64,000 nt of DNA from NCBI GenBank assembly GCA_043744235.1, contig JAYTVB010000046.1, positions 41,026 to 105,025 of the forward strand. The letters run 5' to 3'. The notes under the pieces were generated by a model. It saw only the letters and a list, made by a program, of their open reading frames with translations, was not told the DNA's origin and searched no databases. Origin of the DNA: Cyclobacteriaceae bacterium. GTDB taxonomy: Bacteria; Bacteroidota; Bacteroidia; Cytophagales; Cyclobacteriaceae. The translations under genes and the position numbers were made by a program. This document shows, in pieces, positions 1-8,606 of this stretch (positions within the stretch are counted from its first letter, which is position 1; each line of letters starts with the position of its first letter).

Positions 1-113
1 TTTCGCTCATGGTGGTATAAATAACTGATTGATTCGAGTAATGTAGTATAAAATGCTGATTTGGTAAAGCATTCTGGAAAATTGACGATCTTCATATTCT
101 AAATTCCTGCTGT

Positions 114-1346
114 ATGAAATTCAATCCGGCCCGCAGTATTCAAGACTTGCAGTACTTCGGCGAATTCGGCGGTGTAAACCCGTCGATCGAAGATTCTTCC
201 ACCTATACCTTTTTGAAGGCGGACAAGATGGAGGAGGTTTTTGAACGGGAAGTGGAAGGCTGCTACCTCTATTCCCGCCACTGGAATCCCACCAACCGTT
301 ACCTGAGCCAGGCCATCGCGAAAATGGAGAATGTGGAATCGGCCGTGGTCACCGCATCAGGGATGGGTGCCATTACATCAACACTGCTTCAATTGTGCAG
401 TCAGGGCGATGAAATAGTCTGCAGCAGGATGGTGTACGGCGGCACATATGCTTTCCTTAAAAATGTAGCCCCGCGGTTCGGGATCAAGACCCGTTTTGTG
501 AATATCCTGCGCCTGGATGAAATTGAAAAGGCCATTACGCCGGCTACACGACTGGTGTATTGTGAATCGGTAAGCAACCCGATGCTGGAAGTTTCCAATA
601 TCCCCGCCATCAGCCAATTGTGCAGGAAGAAGAACATCAGGCTTGTGGTGGACAACACCTTTACCCCAATGATCCTGACGCCAGCCAACCTCGGGGCAGA
701 CATTGTCATTCACAGCCTCACCAAGTTCATCAATGGCACCAGTGATACGGTGGCCGGCGTGGTGTGCGGCCCCAATGACTTCATTCATTCCCTCAGTGAT
801 GTGCACCATGGCATGGTCATGCTGCTCGGTCCGGTGATGGACAGCATGCGCTCTGCTTCTGTTCTCAAGAACCTGCACAGCCTGCACATCCGCATAAAAC
901 AGCACAGCAGGAATGCGCAGTACCTGGCGGAGAAACTTTCCCTGGAGGGCCTGAATGTTCGCTACCCCGGACTGCCGGATCATGCCGGGCATGACCTCAT
1001 AACAAAGATGATGAACCCGGGATTTGGCTATGGCGGAATGCTGGTGCTCAACATGAATACCCGCGAGAATGCCTATGCCCTGATGGAAAAGATGCAGCTG
1101 GCTAACCTCGGTTACCTGGCGGTCAGCCTTGGGTTCTACAAGACCTTGTTCAGTTCGCCAGGAAGCAGCACCTCTTCCGAGATACCCGAGGAGGAACGCG
1201 AAGCGATGGGCCTTTCAGAAGGACTGGTCAGGATAAGTGTGGGGCTTGACGCGTGCATTGAGGAATCATTTGAAAAGATGATGAAGTGTATCTCGGAGGT
1301 TTTGGAAGAACATGCACCCGTGTCACTGGCAGGTCAGGAACTTTAA
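114..1346 (+). CDS. Cys/Met-metabolism PLP-dependent enzyme (methionine gamma-lyase / O-acylhomoserine sulfhydrylase family)
   Basis: 410-aa ORF. PLP-lysine motif HSLTKFINGTSD. Family-typical YSRHWNPT and AVVTASGMGAI segments and length. Confidence 0.8.
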   Translation: MKFNPARSIQDLQYFGEFGGVNPSIEDSSTYTFLKADKMEEVFEREVEGCYLYSRHWNPTNRYLSQAIAKMENVESAVVTASGMGAITSTLLQLCSQGDEIVCSRMVYGGTYAFLKNVAPRFGIKTRFVNILRLDEIEKAITPATRLVYCESVSNPMLEVSNIPAISQLCRKKNIRLVVDNTFTPMILTPANLGADIVIHSLTKFINGTSDTVAGVVCGPNDFIHSLSDVHHGMVMLLGPVMDSMRSASVLKNLHSLHIRIKQHSRNAQYLAEKLSLEGLNVRYPGLPDHAGHDLITKMMNPGFGYGGMLVLNMNTRENAYALMEKMQLANLGYLAVSLGFYKTLFSSPGSSTSSEIPEEEREAMGLSEGLVRISVGLDACIEESFEKMMKCISEVLEEHAPVSLAGQEL

Positions 1347-1470
1347 TTAGGATTTGAAGGCAAAAGGAAGCGGCAGCCCAAAAGGGGTTATGAAGGAGGA
1401 ATGGCCCAATCGGATATTTGGTAAGAAGTAAGATTACAATCTGCCCGGTCGTTGTACCTTCGGGGACAGC

Positions 1471-3663
1471 ATGAGCCGGAAATTCCTGATTTTATTTTGC
1501 CTCCTCTCCATTACTGCATTCGGGCAGACCAAACCTGATTTGCCGGTTTGGAAACCAGCATGGGAAGAAACACGCCAGAATGATTGGCTACTTCAGACTC
1601 CAACCGTGAAGGCCAATGTCTTCAAATCAGAGGACGGCACCACCATTATCCTATACAATGGCCTCCTGAAGCGGGAGTTCGTCCTTTCACCCAATGTAGC
1701 GTGCGTGGACTTCAAAAACCTGAGCAGCGGACAACAATTGCTGAGGGCGGTAAAGCCGGAGGCGCGGATTACCATTCATGGAAGGTCTTTCAATATCGGA
1801 GGGCTTGTCGGGCAAAAGGAACATGCCTATTTCCAAAGGTCGTGGATGCCGAATCTGACAGCAGGCATCCATGACTTCAGGTTCATGGAATACGCTGTAT
1901 CTGACATCTCTCCCTTTCTCAAATGGAAGCCCAACACCTGGACAGGGAACCGCGTTCAGGCTACGGGCAAACATTTGTCTTTTATCTATCGGTCTCCATT
2001 GCCGGAATTGGATGGGCTTGCCGTTGTTGTGCACTATGAGCTGTATGACGGAATCCCATTGGTGGTGAAGTGGATCTCCGTTGAAAATAAGAGCAACAGG
2101 TCCTTTAAGCTTGACCGCGTCACCAATGAGGTACTGGGGCTCGTGGAGGAGGAGAGCGCCGTCGTGGGCCGACCGGATGAGATGAAGAAACAGCATGGCA
2201 TCTATGTCGAGACCAACTATGCCTTTAATAATGCCATGCGGTATGACATCAGCGACCAGACCACCCACTGGAATACGGATTCGGTATACACCTCGCAGGT
2301 GAACTACAATTACCAGACGCCCTGCCTGCTGGAAGTTTATCCGATGAAGGCACCGGGGATTGAACTTATGCCAGGTGAAACATTCAGGTCGGTGCGCACC
2401 CATGAGTTGTTGATGGACAGTTATGACCGTGAGCGCCGTGGACTCGCGATCCGCAGGATGTACCGTACGGTCGCCCCCTGGACCACCCAGAATCCCATCT
2501 TCATGCACCTTGTCAGCAAGAGCGATGATGAAGTGATGACGGCCATTGACCAGTGTGCCGCCACTGGCTATGAGGCCTTGATTTTGAGTTTTGGCAGTCA
2601 TTGCAACATGGAGGATACCTCGCGCGTCAATATTGAAAAATGGAGGAGACTGGCCGGGTATGCCCACAGCAAGAATATTCAGATTGGCAGCTACTCCCTT
2701 TTCAGCAGCCGCCGGATCAGCGATGCGGATGACGTGGTCGACCCAAAAACAGGCAAGCCTGGTGGTGCCTTCTTTGGCAATGCGCCCTGCTTTGGTAGCA
2801 AGTGGGGACTGGCTTATCGCGATAAAATCAAGTATTTCTTTGGAAGCACCGGTTTTGACATTTGGGAGAATGACGGTCCTTACCCGGGCGATGTCTGCGG
2901 GTCAACCAATCACCCTGGTCACAACGGACTGGAGGATTCACAATGGCGACAGATGGCGATACAAAAGGAACTTTACCACTGGATGAACGAAAGAGGCATA
3001 TACATCAATGCCCCTGACTGGTATTTCCTGGATGGCACAAACAAGATCGCCATCGGCTACCGGGAAGTGAATTTTTCATTGCCCCGTGAGCAGCAAATAA
3101 TTCTCAATCGCCAAAACATTTACGACGGTACCTGGGAAAAGACCCCTTCCATGGGCTGGGGATTTGTTCCCCTGACCAAATACCAGGGCGGCGGACCGGA
3201 AGCCGTGCTGGAACCGCTGAGCGAGCACCTGCGGGATTATCAACAATTGATGTTTCAATATTACGCAGCGGGAGTACAGGCCTGTTACCGGGGCCCAAGA
3301 CTGTATGATACGGATGTGACAAGGCAGGCGGTCAAGAGCATGATCGACTGGTACAAGAAGTACAGGGATATACTAAACGCGGACATCATCCACCTGCGCA
3401 GGGCCGACGGGCGGGACTGGGACGGTATTCTGCACGTGAGCCAGGATTTGAAACTAAAGGGAATGCTGCTGTTGTACAATCCAACAAAGGAAAAAATAGT
3501 CAGGACCATTAAGTTGCCTTTGTACTACACGGGTCTTTCCTCGGAAGCACGCATCAGCGAAAAAGGGAAACCTGCAATACGGTATTCGCTCGACCGTAAG
3601 TTGGAAGTTGATTTCACCTTTTCACTCGATGCTGACAGCTATCAATGGTATGTGATTGAGTAG
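1471..3663 (+). CDS. secreted protein of unknown function (weakly glycosidase/TIM-barrel-like)
   Basis: 730-aa uninterrupted ORF with an N-terminal signal peptide (MSRKFLILFCLLSITAFGQ). I recognise no catalytic motif with confidence. Confidence 0.6.
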   Translation: MSRKFLILFCLLSITAFGQTKPDLPVWKPAWEETRQNDWLLQTPTVKANVFKSEDGTTIILYNGLLKREFVLSPNVACVDFKNLSSGQQLLRAVKPEARITIHGRSFNIGGLVGQKEHAYFQRSWMPNLTAGIHDFRFMEYAVSDISPFLKWKPNTWTGNRVQATGKHLSFIYRSPLPELDGLAVVVHYELYDGIPLVVKWISVENKSNRSFKLDRVTNEVLGLVEEESAVVGRPDEMKKQHGIYVETNYAFNNAMRYDISDQTTHWNTDSVYTSQVNYNYQTPCLLEVYPMKAPGIELMPGETFRSVRTHELLMDSYDRERRGLAIRRMYRTVAPWTTQNPIFMHLVSKSDDEVMTAIDQCAATGYEALILSFGSHCNMEDTSRVNIEKWRRLAGYAHSKNIQIGSYSLFSSRRISDADDVVDPKTGKPGGAFFGNAPCFGSKWGLAYRDKIKYFFGSTGFDIWENDGPYPGDVCGSTNHPGHNGLEDSQWRQMAIQKELYHWMNERGIYINAPDWYFLDGTNKIAIGYREVNFSLPREQQIILNRQNIYDGTWEKTPSMGWGFVPLTKYQGGGPEAVLEPLSEHLRDYQQLMFQYYAAGVQACYRGPRLYDTDVTRQAVKSMIDWYKKYRDILNADIIHLRRADGRDWDGILHVSQDLKLKGMLLLYNPTKEKIVRTIKLPLYYTGLSSEARISEKGKPAIRYSLDRKLEVDFTFSLDADSYQWYVIE

Positions 3664-3722
3664 CATGTCGGTCTCAGCCTGCCGTGACCTGCTTAAGTCA
3701 AAAGATTCAATTAATTTGCATC

Positions 3723-4343
3723 ATGAACCTTCAGCCAATATTCCCCCAATTCGATCCTGAACTCCTCAGGCACCTGGAAGAAATCGGACAGGTGGTTGAA
3801 TTTGAAGAGGGTGACATGCTCATGCGCCCAGGCCAATACTTCAAAAACTCTTTGTTGATTCTTGATGGCAGGGTGAAATTGTACCGTGACGGGGAAAACG
3901 GCGAGGAATTTTTCCTCTATTACCTCGAAAAGGGAAATGCCTGTGCCCTCTCCATGATTTGCGCTGCCAAGAATGAGTCCAGCGCCATCAAGGCGCGGGC
4001 CATGACCCGCGTTAAGGCGCTCGCCATACCCATTCATTACATGGATAGCCTGATGAAAGACCATACACAATGGTATTATTTTGTGCTTGAAACCTATCGA
4101 AGCAGGTTCAGTGAACTGCTGGAGGTTATTGACCAGGTGGTGTTTCATTCCATGGATGAAAAACTGGTGTTTTACCTGAAGCGCCAGTTCGAAGCGTTGG
4201 GAGACGGCATCCCCATCACCCACCAGGAAATAGCGGATGACCTCAACTCATCACGGGAGGTAATTTCCCGACTGCTTAAAAAACTGGAGTCGCAGAATAA
4301 AATCTCCATTTCCAGGAATATCATTACAAGGGTCAATTTCTGA
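3723..4343 (+). CDS. Crp/Fnr family transcriptional regulator
   Basis: cNMP-binding-type beta-roll segment (LILDGRVKLYRDGENGEEFFLYYLEKGNACAL). C-terminal HTH (THQEIADDLNSSREVISRLLKKLESQNKI). ATG 3723 is preferred over the in-frame GTG at 3684. Confidence 0.85.
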   Translation: MNLQPIFPQFDPELLRHLEEIGQVVEFEEGDMLMRPGQYFKNSLLILDGRVKLYRDGENGEEFFLYYLEKGNACALSMICAAKNESSAIKARAMTRVKALAIPIHYMDSLMKDHTQWYYFVLETYRSRFSELLEVIDQVVFHSMDEKLVFYLKRQFEALGDGIPITHQEIADDLNSSREVISRLLKKLESQNKISISRNIITRVNF

Positions 4344-4400
4344 CCACGCAAGCCTGCCCGTTTGGGTGAGCATATCTTCTGACAATGCAAGTGCGCGTTG

Positions 4401-4416
4401 TGTGACTTGAGTCACT
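4401..4416. promoter_or_regulatory. CRP/FNR-type box 1 (TGTGACTTGAGTCACT)
   Basis: Inverted repeat TGTGAC-N4-GTCAC, equivalent to TGTGA-N6-TCAC. It lies 131 bp upstream of the SQR-like gene. Confidence 0.55.
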
Positions 4417-4423
4417 GGCCTTG

Positions 4424-4439
4424 TGTGACCTGAGTCACA
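4424..4439. promoter_or_regulatory. CRP/FNR-type box 2 (TGTGACCTGAGTCACA)
   Basis: Both 6-bp arms TGTGAC/GTCACA are perfectly complementary; only the 4-bp spacer CTGA is asymmetric. It lies 108 bp upstream of the SQR-like gene and 23 bp centre-to-centre from box 1. Confidence 0.6.
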
Positions 4440-4546
4440 TAACTGCCTGATTTACTGATCAAAATCACTGGGTTTGGTGAGGACAATCATCATTTCGGAC
4501 TGGTTCCCCCCCATACTTTTACTTCCACACACAAACCAGTCAGATC

Positions 4547-5803
4547 ATGAAAAATATTGTCATTCTCGGAGCGGGAACAGCGGGGACCATGATGGCCAAC
4601 AAGCTCCACAAAGCAATCAACCGGAAGATCTGGGATATTACCATCATCGATAAGGATGCGAAGCACTACTACCAGCCCGGATTCCTCTTTATACCGTTCG
4701 GAATTTATCAACCCGAAGAAGTTGTTCGCACCAAAGCTGAATTCCTTCCAAAGGATGTCAATTTTATCCTGGATGAGATCAGCAGGATTGAGGGGGAAAA
4801 GAGCCAGGTTACCCTCAAGGGCGGGAGAACCATCCGATACGATGTTCTGATCATTGCCACCGGTGCCAATGTGGTCCCCGAAGAAACGCCCGGACTTATC
4901 GGTGATTTGTGGTACAAGGACATTTTTGACTTCTACACCTTTGAAGGCACCACGGCTTTGGCTAACAAATTCAAGGATTGGCAAGGCGGTAAGTTGGTCA
5001 TCAACCTCATGGAGACCACAATCAAGTGCCCGGTGGCTCCGCTTGAATTTGCCTTCCTGGCAGATGCCTTCTTTACTGAAAAGGGAATTCGGCACCTGGT
5101 TGACATCTCTTATGTCACCCCGCTTTCCGGCGCATTCACGAAGCCCAAGGCCACGAAAATGCTCAGCGCACTGCTGGAAGAAAAACACATTACCGTAGTA
5201 CCCGACTTTTACGTGCAGGAAGTTGACAATGCAAGAAAGGTCCTGGTCTCTTACGACCAGAAGGAAGTGCCTTTTGACTTGCTCGTGACAATCCCGGTAA
5301 ACAAGGGCGCTGACATGATTGGTTCAAGCGGCATGGGTGATGAGGATGGACTTAACTTCATTCCCACCGACAGGCAGACACTCCAATCCAAAAAATTTGA
5401 AAATGTATTCGTGATCGGTGACGCTACCAACGTGCCAGCATCGAAAGCAGGTTCAGTGGCTCACTTCGAAGGAGAAATCCTCCTGGAAAACATTCTGAGC
5501 TACATCAATAACCTGCCGCTTGAGGCCAAATTTGACGGACATGCCAATTGCTTTATAGAAACGGGATATGGCAAAGCTGCCCTCATTGACTTTAACTACA
5601 CCACCGAACCGCTGGCGGGAAAATTTCCGTGGCCGGTTGTCGGCCCCATGGGTCTGCTGAAAGTTACGCGGGCCAATCACCTGGGCAAGCTGGCGTTCCG
5701 TTGGGTTTACTGGCACATGTTACTCACCGGAAAAAACCTGCCGGTCAGTACGCACATGTCCATGGCCGGGAAAGAAGTTGACAAAGAAGTAAACACGCAT
5801 TAA
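4547..5803 (+). CDS. sulfide:quinone oxidoreductase-like FAD-dependent oxidoreductase
   Basis: N-terminal Rossmann motif IVILGAGTAGT and second dinucleotide motif VFVIGDATN. The only two Cys (KCPVAP near residue 161, HANCFIETG near residue 335) sit where SQR redox cysteines are expected. Confidence 0.75.
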   Translation: MKNIVILGAGTAGTMMANKLHKAINRKIWDITIIDKDAKHYYQPGFLFIPFGIYQPEEVVRTKAEFLPKDVNFILDEISRIEGEKSQVTLKGGRTIRYDVLIIATGANVVPEETPGLIGDLWYKDIFDFYTFEGTTALANKFKDWQGGKLVINLMETTIKCPVAPLEFAFLADAFFTEKGIRHLVDISYVTPLSGAFTKPKATKMLSALLEEKHITVVPDFYVQEVDNARKVLVSYDQKEVPFDLLVTIPVNKGADMIGSSGMGDEDGLNFIPTDRQTLQSKKFENVFVIGDATNVPASKAGSVAHFEGEILLENILSYINNLPLEAKFDGHANCFIETGYGKAALIDFNYTTEPLAGKFPWPVVGPMGLLKVTRANHLGKLAFRWVYWHMLLTGKNLPVSTHMSMAGKEVDKEVNTH

Positions 5804-5827
5804 TCAAGACACATAAAACCAATCTAT

Positions 5828-6139
5828 ATGGAAACCTTAATCATGAACCTCGCACAAGTTGAAAGAAATGAGGAGGGATATTTGAAGAAAGTATCCGACT
5901 GGACTCCTGATCTCGCGCATGAAATTGCCAGGGAAGCCGGCATCACGCTCACCGACAAGCATTTTGAAGTGCTGAACTGGCTTCGGGCCAAACAAGCCGA
6001 AGGAGTGGCACTGAGCATCAGAAAAATGGGTGCCTCCGGAATCGTTGATATCAAGCAGTTCTACGCATTGTTTCCGGGTGGACCGCTGAAGATCTCCAGC
6101 AAGATTGCCGGCATTCCCAAACCCGTCAGCTGCATTTAG
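5828..6139 (+). CDS. TusE/DsrC-family sulfur relay protein (single-Cys, TusE-like)
   Basis: 103 aa. C-terminal arm KIAGIPKPVSCI closely matches the TusE/DsrC terminus as I remember it. There is no second Cys about 10 residues upstream. Confidence 0.8.
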   Translation: METLIMNLAQVERNEEGYLKKVSDWTPDLAHEIAREAGITLTDKHFEVLNWLRAKQAEGVALSIRKMGASGIVDIKQFYALFPGGPLKISSKIAGIPKPVSCI

Positions 6140-6181
6140 ACATCATTTAAAAAACATCAAAGTCCAAAGGACACCAACATT

Positions 6182-6715
6182 ATGAACGATCTAGTGGATA
6201 TGGCTCAACCCAAGGTTACCCCGGCACAAAAAATGGAGAAACCGAAAGTAAAAAAAGTGCTGATCATATGCTCGAAGGGAAAAATTGAAGACGTATATGC
6301 TGCATTGGTTATGGCCAACGGCGCCCTGATGGAAGGCATTGAAGCCAAAATGTTCTTTACCTTCTTTGGCCTCGAAGCCATCACCAAAAAGCATGCTGAT
6401 CACCTGCATACCGCGACCGTCGGCAACCCGGCATTCATGCCTGCGATGCCGACCATGGTTGCCGGTCTTCCCGGATTTGAGGCTTTCGCATCCTACATGA
6501 TGAGAAAGGAAATGGATAAACTGGACATGCCGCATGTAACCGAATTCCTGCAAATGATTGATGCGGGCGGTGGAGAAATTTATGCCTGCAAACTGGCTGC
6601 TGATATGTTCCATCTTAAGAAAGAGGATTTTCTGCCTGAAGTGAAGGGGATAATCACCGTGGGTGATATGTATGCCCTGGCTGACGGTGTAGGTACTCAA
6701 ATCATTTTCATCTGA
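6182..6715 (+). CDS. DsrE/DsrF-like family protein
   Basis: 177 aa. VLIICSKGKIEDVYAALVMANGAL and FFTFFGL segments, plus a conserved Cys in GEIYACKLA. Confidence 0.7.
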   Translation: MNDLVDMAQPKVTPAQKMEKPKVKKVLIICSKGKIEDVYAALVMANGALMEGIEAKMFFTFFGLEAITKKHADHLHTATVGNPAFMPAMPTMVAGLPGFEAFASYMMRKEMDKLDMPHVTEFLQMIDAGGGEIYACKLAADMFHLKKEDFLPEVKGIITVGDMYALADGVGTQIIFI

Positions 6716-6742
6716 TTGGTTTTAGTGTGTTGGGATGGAAAC

Positions 6743-6779
6743 AGGCCGCTGGAACTTAGGTTCTGGCGGCCTTCGTTTT
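6743..6779 (+). terminator. intrinsic terminator after the SQR-TusE-DsrE unit
   Basis: Stem AGGCCGC (6743-6749) / GCGGCCT (6766-6772), followed by TCGTTTTG. Confidence 0.5.
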
Positions 6780-6809
6780 GCAGGAAAAATCAAGCCGATT
6801 TTTCGCCTG

Positions 6810-6825
6810 CGTAACCCAAGTCACA
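6810..6825. promoter_or_regulatory. CRP/FNR-type box 3 (CGTAACCCAAGTCACA)
   Basis: Half-degenerate box with the same spacing, 71 bp upstream of the HMA gene. It nearly equals the reverse complement of box 5. Confidence 0.45.
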
Positions 6826-6895
6826 GACCCAAATCATGTTGCAGCCGATATTTGTGTCAGCATGCCGATAAACACATTATTTAGACACTGACACC

Positions 6896-7174
6896 ATGAT
6901 GAAAACGCAGATTTTGGTTGAAAACCTGAAGTGCAACGGCTGTGCCAATACGATCAGGAAGGCGCTCTCTCAGTTGGAGGGTGTCTCAAAGGTTGAAGTG
7001 GATGTTGTAGAAGGCCGTGTTGATGTTGATTTTGGTGATTCGATAGCATCGGAATCCATCAAACAGAAATTATCCCAACTGGGATATCCTGAAGTTGATG
7101 CCCTGCGTGGCCTCAACAAGGTGGCAGCTAATGCCAGGTCGTTTGTCAGCTGTGCAGTGGGAAGAGTTTCATAG
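6896..7174 (+). CDS. heavy-metal-associated (HMA) domain protein, CopZ-like
   Basis: 92 aa. Metal-binding loop LKCNGCANTIRKAL (CxxC) in a ferredoxin-like pattern. Confidence 0.75.
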   Translation: MMKTQILVENLKCNGCANTIRKALSQLEGVSKVEVDVVEGRVDVDFGDSIASESIKQKLSQLGYPEVDALRGLNKVAANARSFVSCAVGRVS

Positions 7175-7203
7175 AATAAGATAGAATTTTAGAGTGATAG
7201 GTG

Positions 7204-7416
7204 ATGAAGAAGTGGACCATGCTAGGATTGGGATTGGTGCTTGGCGCAGCTGGCGGATACCTGTACTGGTATTACGTGGGATGTGTGAGTGGCAGCTGCG
7301 CCATCACTTCTTCAGCGGTCAACAGTTCACTGTACGGCGGAATGATGGGCACTTTGCTCGTTAACGCGTTCGCTCCAGTCTCGAAAAAGGCCCCAAACAC
7401 AAGGGAACCTGGATAA
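7204..7416 (+). CDS. small membrane protein with CxxxxC motif (DUF6132-like)
   Basis: About 70 aa with two hydrophobic helices flanking YYVGCVSGSCAITSS. It is 30 bp downstream of the HMA gene. Confidence 0.55.
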   Translation: MKKWTMLGLGLVLGAAGGYLYWYYVGCVSGSCAITSSAVNSSLYGGMMGTLLVNAFAPVSKKAPNTREPG

Positions 7417-7450
7417 ATTCCCCTGAATCCTGACGAAAATTCAGTTTGGA

Positions 7451-7466
7451 AGTGACCAAAGTCATC
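7451..7466. promoter_or_regulatory. CRP/FNR-type box 4 (AGTGACCAAAGTCATC)
   Basis: Degenerate box with the same spacing, 115 bp upstream of the DUF2892 gene. Confidence 0.4.
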
Positions 7467-7516
7467 TGAATTGGCTGGCGGGCCGGATAGCTTTGATTCT
7501 AACCACCTTAGGTCTG

Positions 7517-7532
7517 TGTGACCTGGGTTACT
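7517..7532. promoter_or_regulatory. CRP/FNR-type box 5 (TGTGACCTGGGTTACT)
   Basis: Same spacing, 49 bp upstream of the DUF2892 gene. It is the mirror image of box 3 (GTAAC variant arm). Confidence 0.45.
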
Positions 7533-7580
7533 GATTAACTTCCGGCGAGCCGGTAATATTGAGGAAACATAAAAAACACT

Positions 7581-7808
7581 ATGAAAAAGAATATGGGTAA
7601 TGCTGATCGGATTGTCAGGTTGATAATCTCAGCTGTTTTAGTTTGGATGTATGCTACGGGCGTTATTGAAGGTACTTTGGGGATCGTGCTGATTGCATTG
7701 TCCGCTGTGTTCGTTCTAACCAGCCTCGTGAGCTTCTGTCCGTTGTATTTGCCGTTTGGCCTGAGCACCAGGAAAAACAACGAAGCAACTCCTGAAGTAA
7801 AAAAATAG
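7581..7808 (+). CDS. DUF2892 (YgaP-like transmembrane domain) protein
   Basis: 75 aa. MGNADRIVRLIISAVL...SFCPLY signature and two TM helices. Confidence 0.75.
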   Translation: MKKNMGNADRIVRLIISAVLVWMYATGVIEGTLGIVLIALSAVFVLTSLVSFCPLYLPFGLSTRKNNEATPEVKK

Positions 7809-7817
7809 GCAGAGAAG

Positions 7818-8135
7818 ATGTTTGATTCAATTAAAAATATGCTGGGGCTGGGTCCCCAGGCAGATTACGCTGCGCTGGTGAAACAAGGCGCCATTATCCT
7901 GGACGTGCGCAGCAAAGGTGAATACACTGGCGGCCACATCAGGGGTTCAGTCAATGTACCGGTAGACCAGCTGCAACGGAATTTAAGCCGGTTTCCGGAC
8001 AAGCAAAAACCAATCATTACCTGCTGTGCCTCAGGCGGACGCAGTGCCTCGGCCAAAAGTATTTTAAAGTCCAGTGGATATGTCAATGTTCACAATGGTG
8101 GAAGCTGGACAGGACTCAAAAGCAAAATTTCATAA
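7818..8135 (+). CDS. rhodanese-like sulfurtransferase domain protein
   Basis: 105 aa. Active-site loop CCASGGRS and GGHIRGSVNVP. Confidence 0.85.
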   Translation: MFDSIKNMLGLGPQADYAALVKQGAIILDVRSKGEYTGGHIRGSVNVPVDQLQRNLSRFPDKQKPIITCCASGGRSASAKSILKSSGYVNVHNGGSWTGLKSKIS

Positions 8136-8138
8136 TAT

Positions 8139-8606
8139 ATGGACCCCCATGTTTATCATGTCGATATCGCCTGGAGCAAAGACCGCAAAGGGATGATGTG
8201 TTCCCCGGATTTGGGCAAAGATGGCGCGCCTTTTGGCGGCTGCATTGAAGTGGCTACCCCTCCTGAGTTTCCCAAAGGAATCCCCGGCATTTGGTCGCCT
8301 GAGCATTTGTTTACCGCCTCCATCAGCAGCTGCCTGATGACCACCTTCCTGGCGATTGCCGAAAACTCGAAACTGGATTTTGTTTCCTTCAAGTGCGGAT
8401 CCAAAGGCAAACTCGAGCAAGTGGATGGAAAATTCATGATGTCTGAAGTAATACTGGAGCCGCAGGTGGTGGTACGGGACGAGAAGGACGTGGAGAAGGC
8501 ATTGAAAGTCCTGCAGAAATCCGAGGCGAATTGCCTGATTTCTAACTCCGTCAAGGCCAGGATCATCATGAACCCGGTTGTGCATGTTGAAATGGTTAAC
8601 GTATAA
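8139..8606 (+). CDS. OsmC/Ohr-family protein
   Basis: 155 aa. SPEHLFTASISSCLMTTF and EANCLISNSV (two-Cys OsmC pattern). Confidence 0.75.
   Translation: MDPHVYHVDIAWSKDRKGMMCSPDLGKDGAPFGGCIEVATPPEFPKGIPGIWSPEHLFTASISSCLMTTFLAIAENSKLDFVSFKCGSKGKLEQVDGKFMMSEVILEPQVVVRDEKDVEKALKVLQKSEANCLISNSVKARIIMNPVVHVEMVNV

Noticed and set aside
1-113. A SAM or other riboswitch upstream of the Cys/Met PLP enzyme gene, and the start of a minus-strand gene at position 10 (CAT at 8-10).
   Set aside because: Only a short AATGCT...AGCATT hairpin is visible and no riboswitch core is recognisable. Ten nucleotides are insufficient to call a gene.
1687-2667. Long antisense ORFs inside well-supported genes. Examples are 1687-2667, 18558-19436, 20503-21360, 37114-37968, 47129-47716, 49617-50396, 52815-53654 and 60169-60741.
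   Set aside because: Each lies opposite an ORF with clear family motifs (ilvD, ilvB, A2M, CBS, GT9, purF and others). Their translations are Arg/Gly/His-rich low-complexity sequences with no motifs. They are typical shadow ORFs.
3683-3700. A sixth Crp-type box (CGTGAC-N8-GTCA) upstream of or overlapping the Crp/Fnr gene start, which would suggest autoregulation.
   Set aside because: The arm spacing is 8 nt instead of 4 and the right arm is truncated. It does not fit the geometry of the other five boxes.
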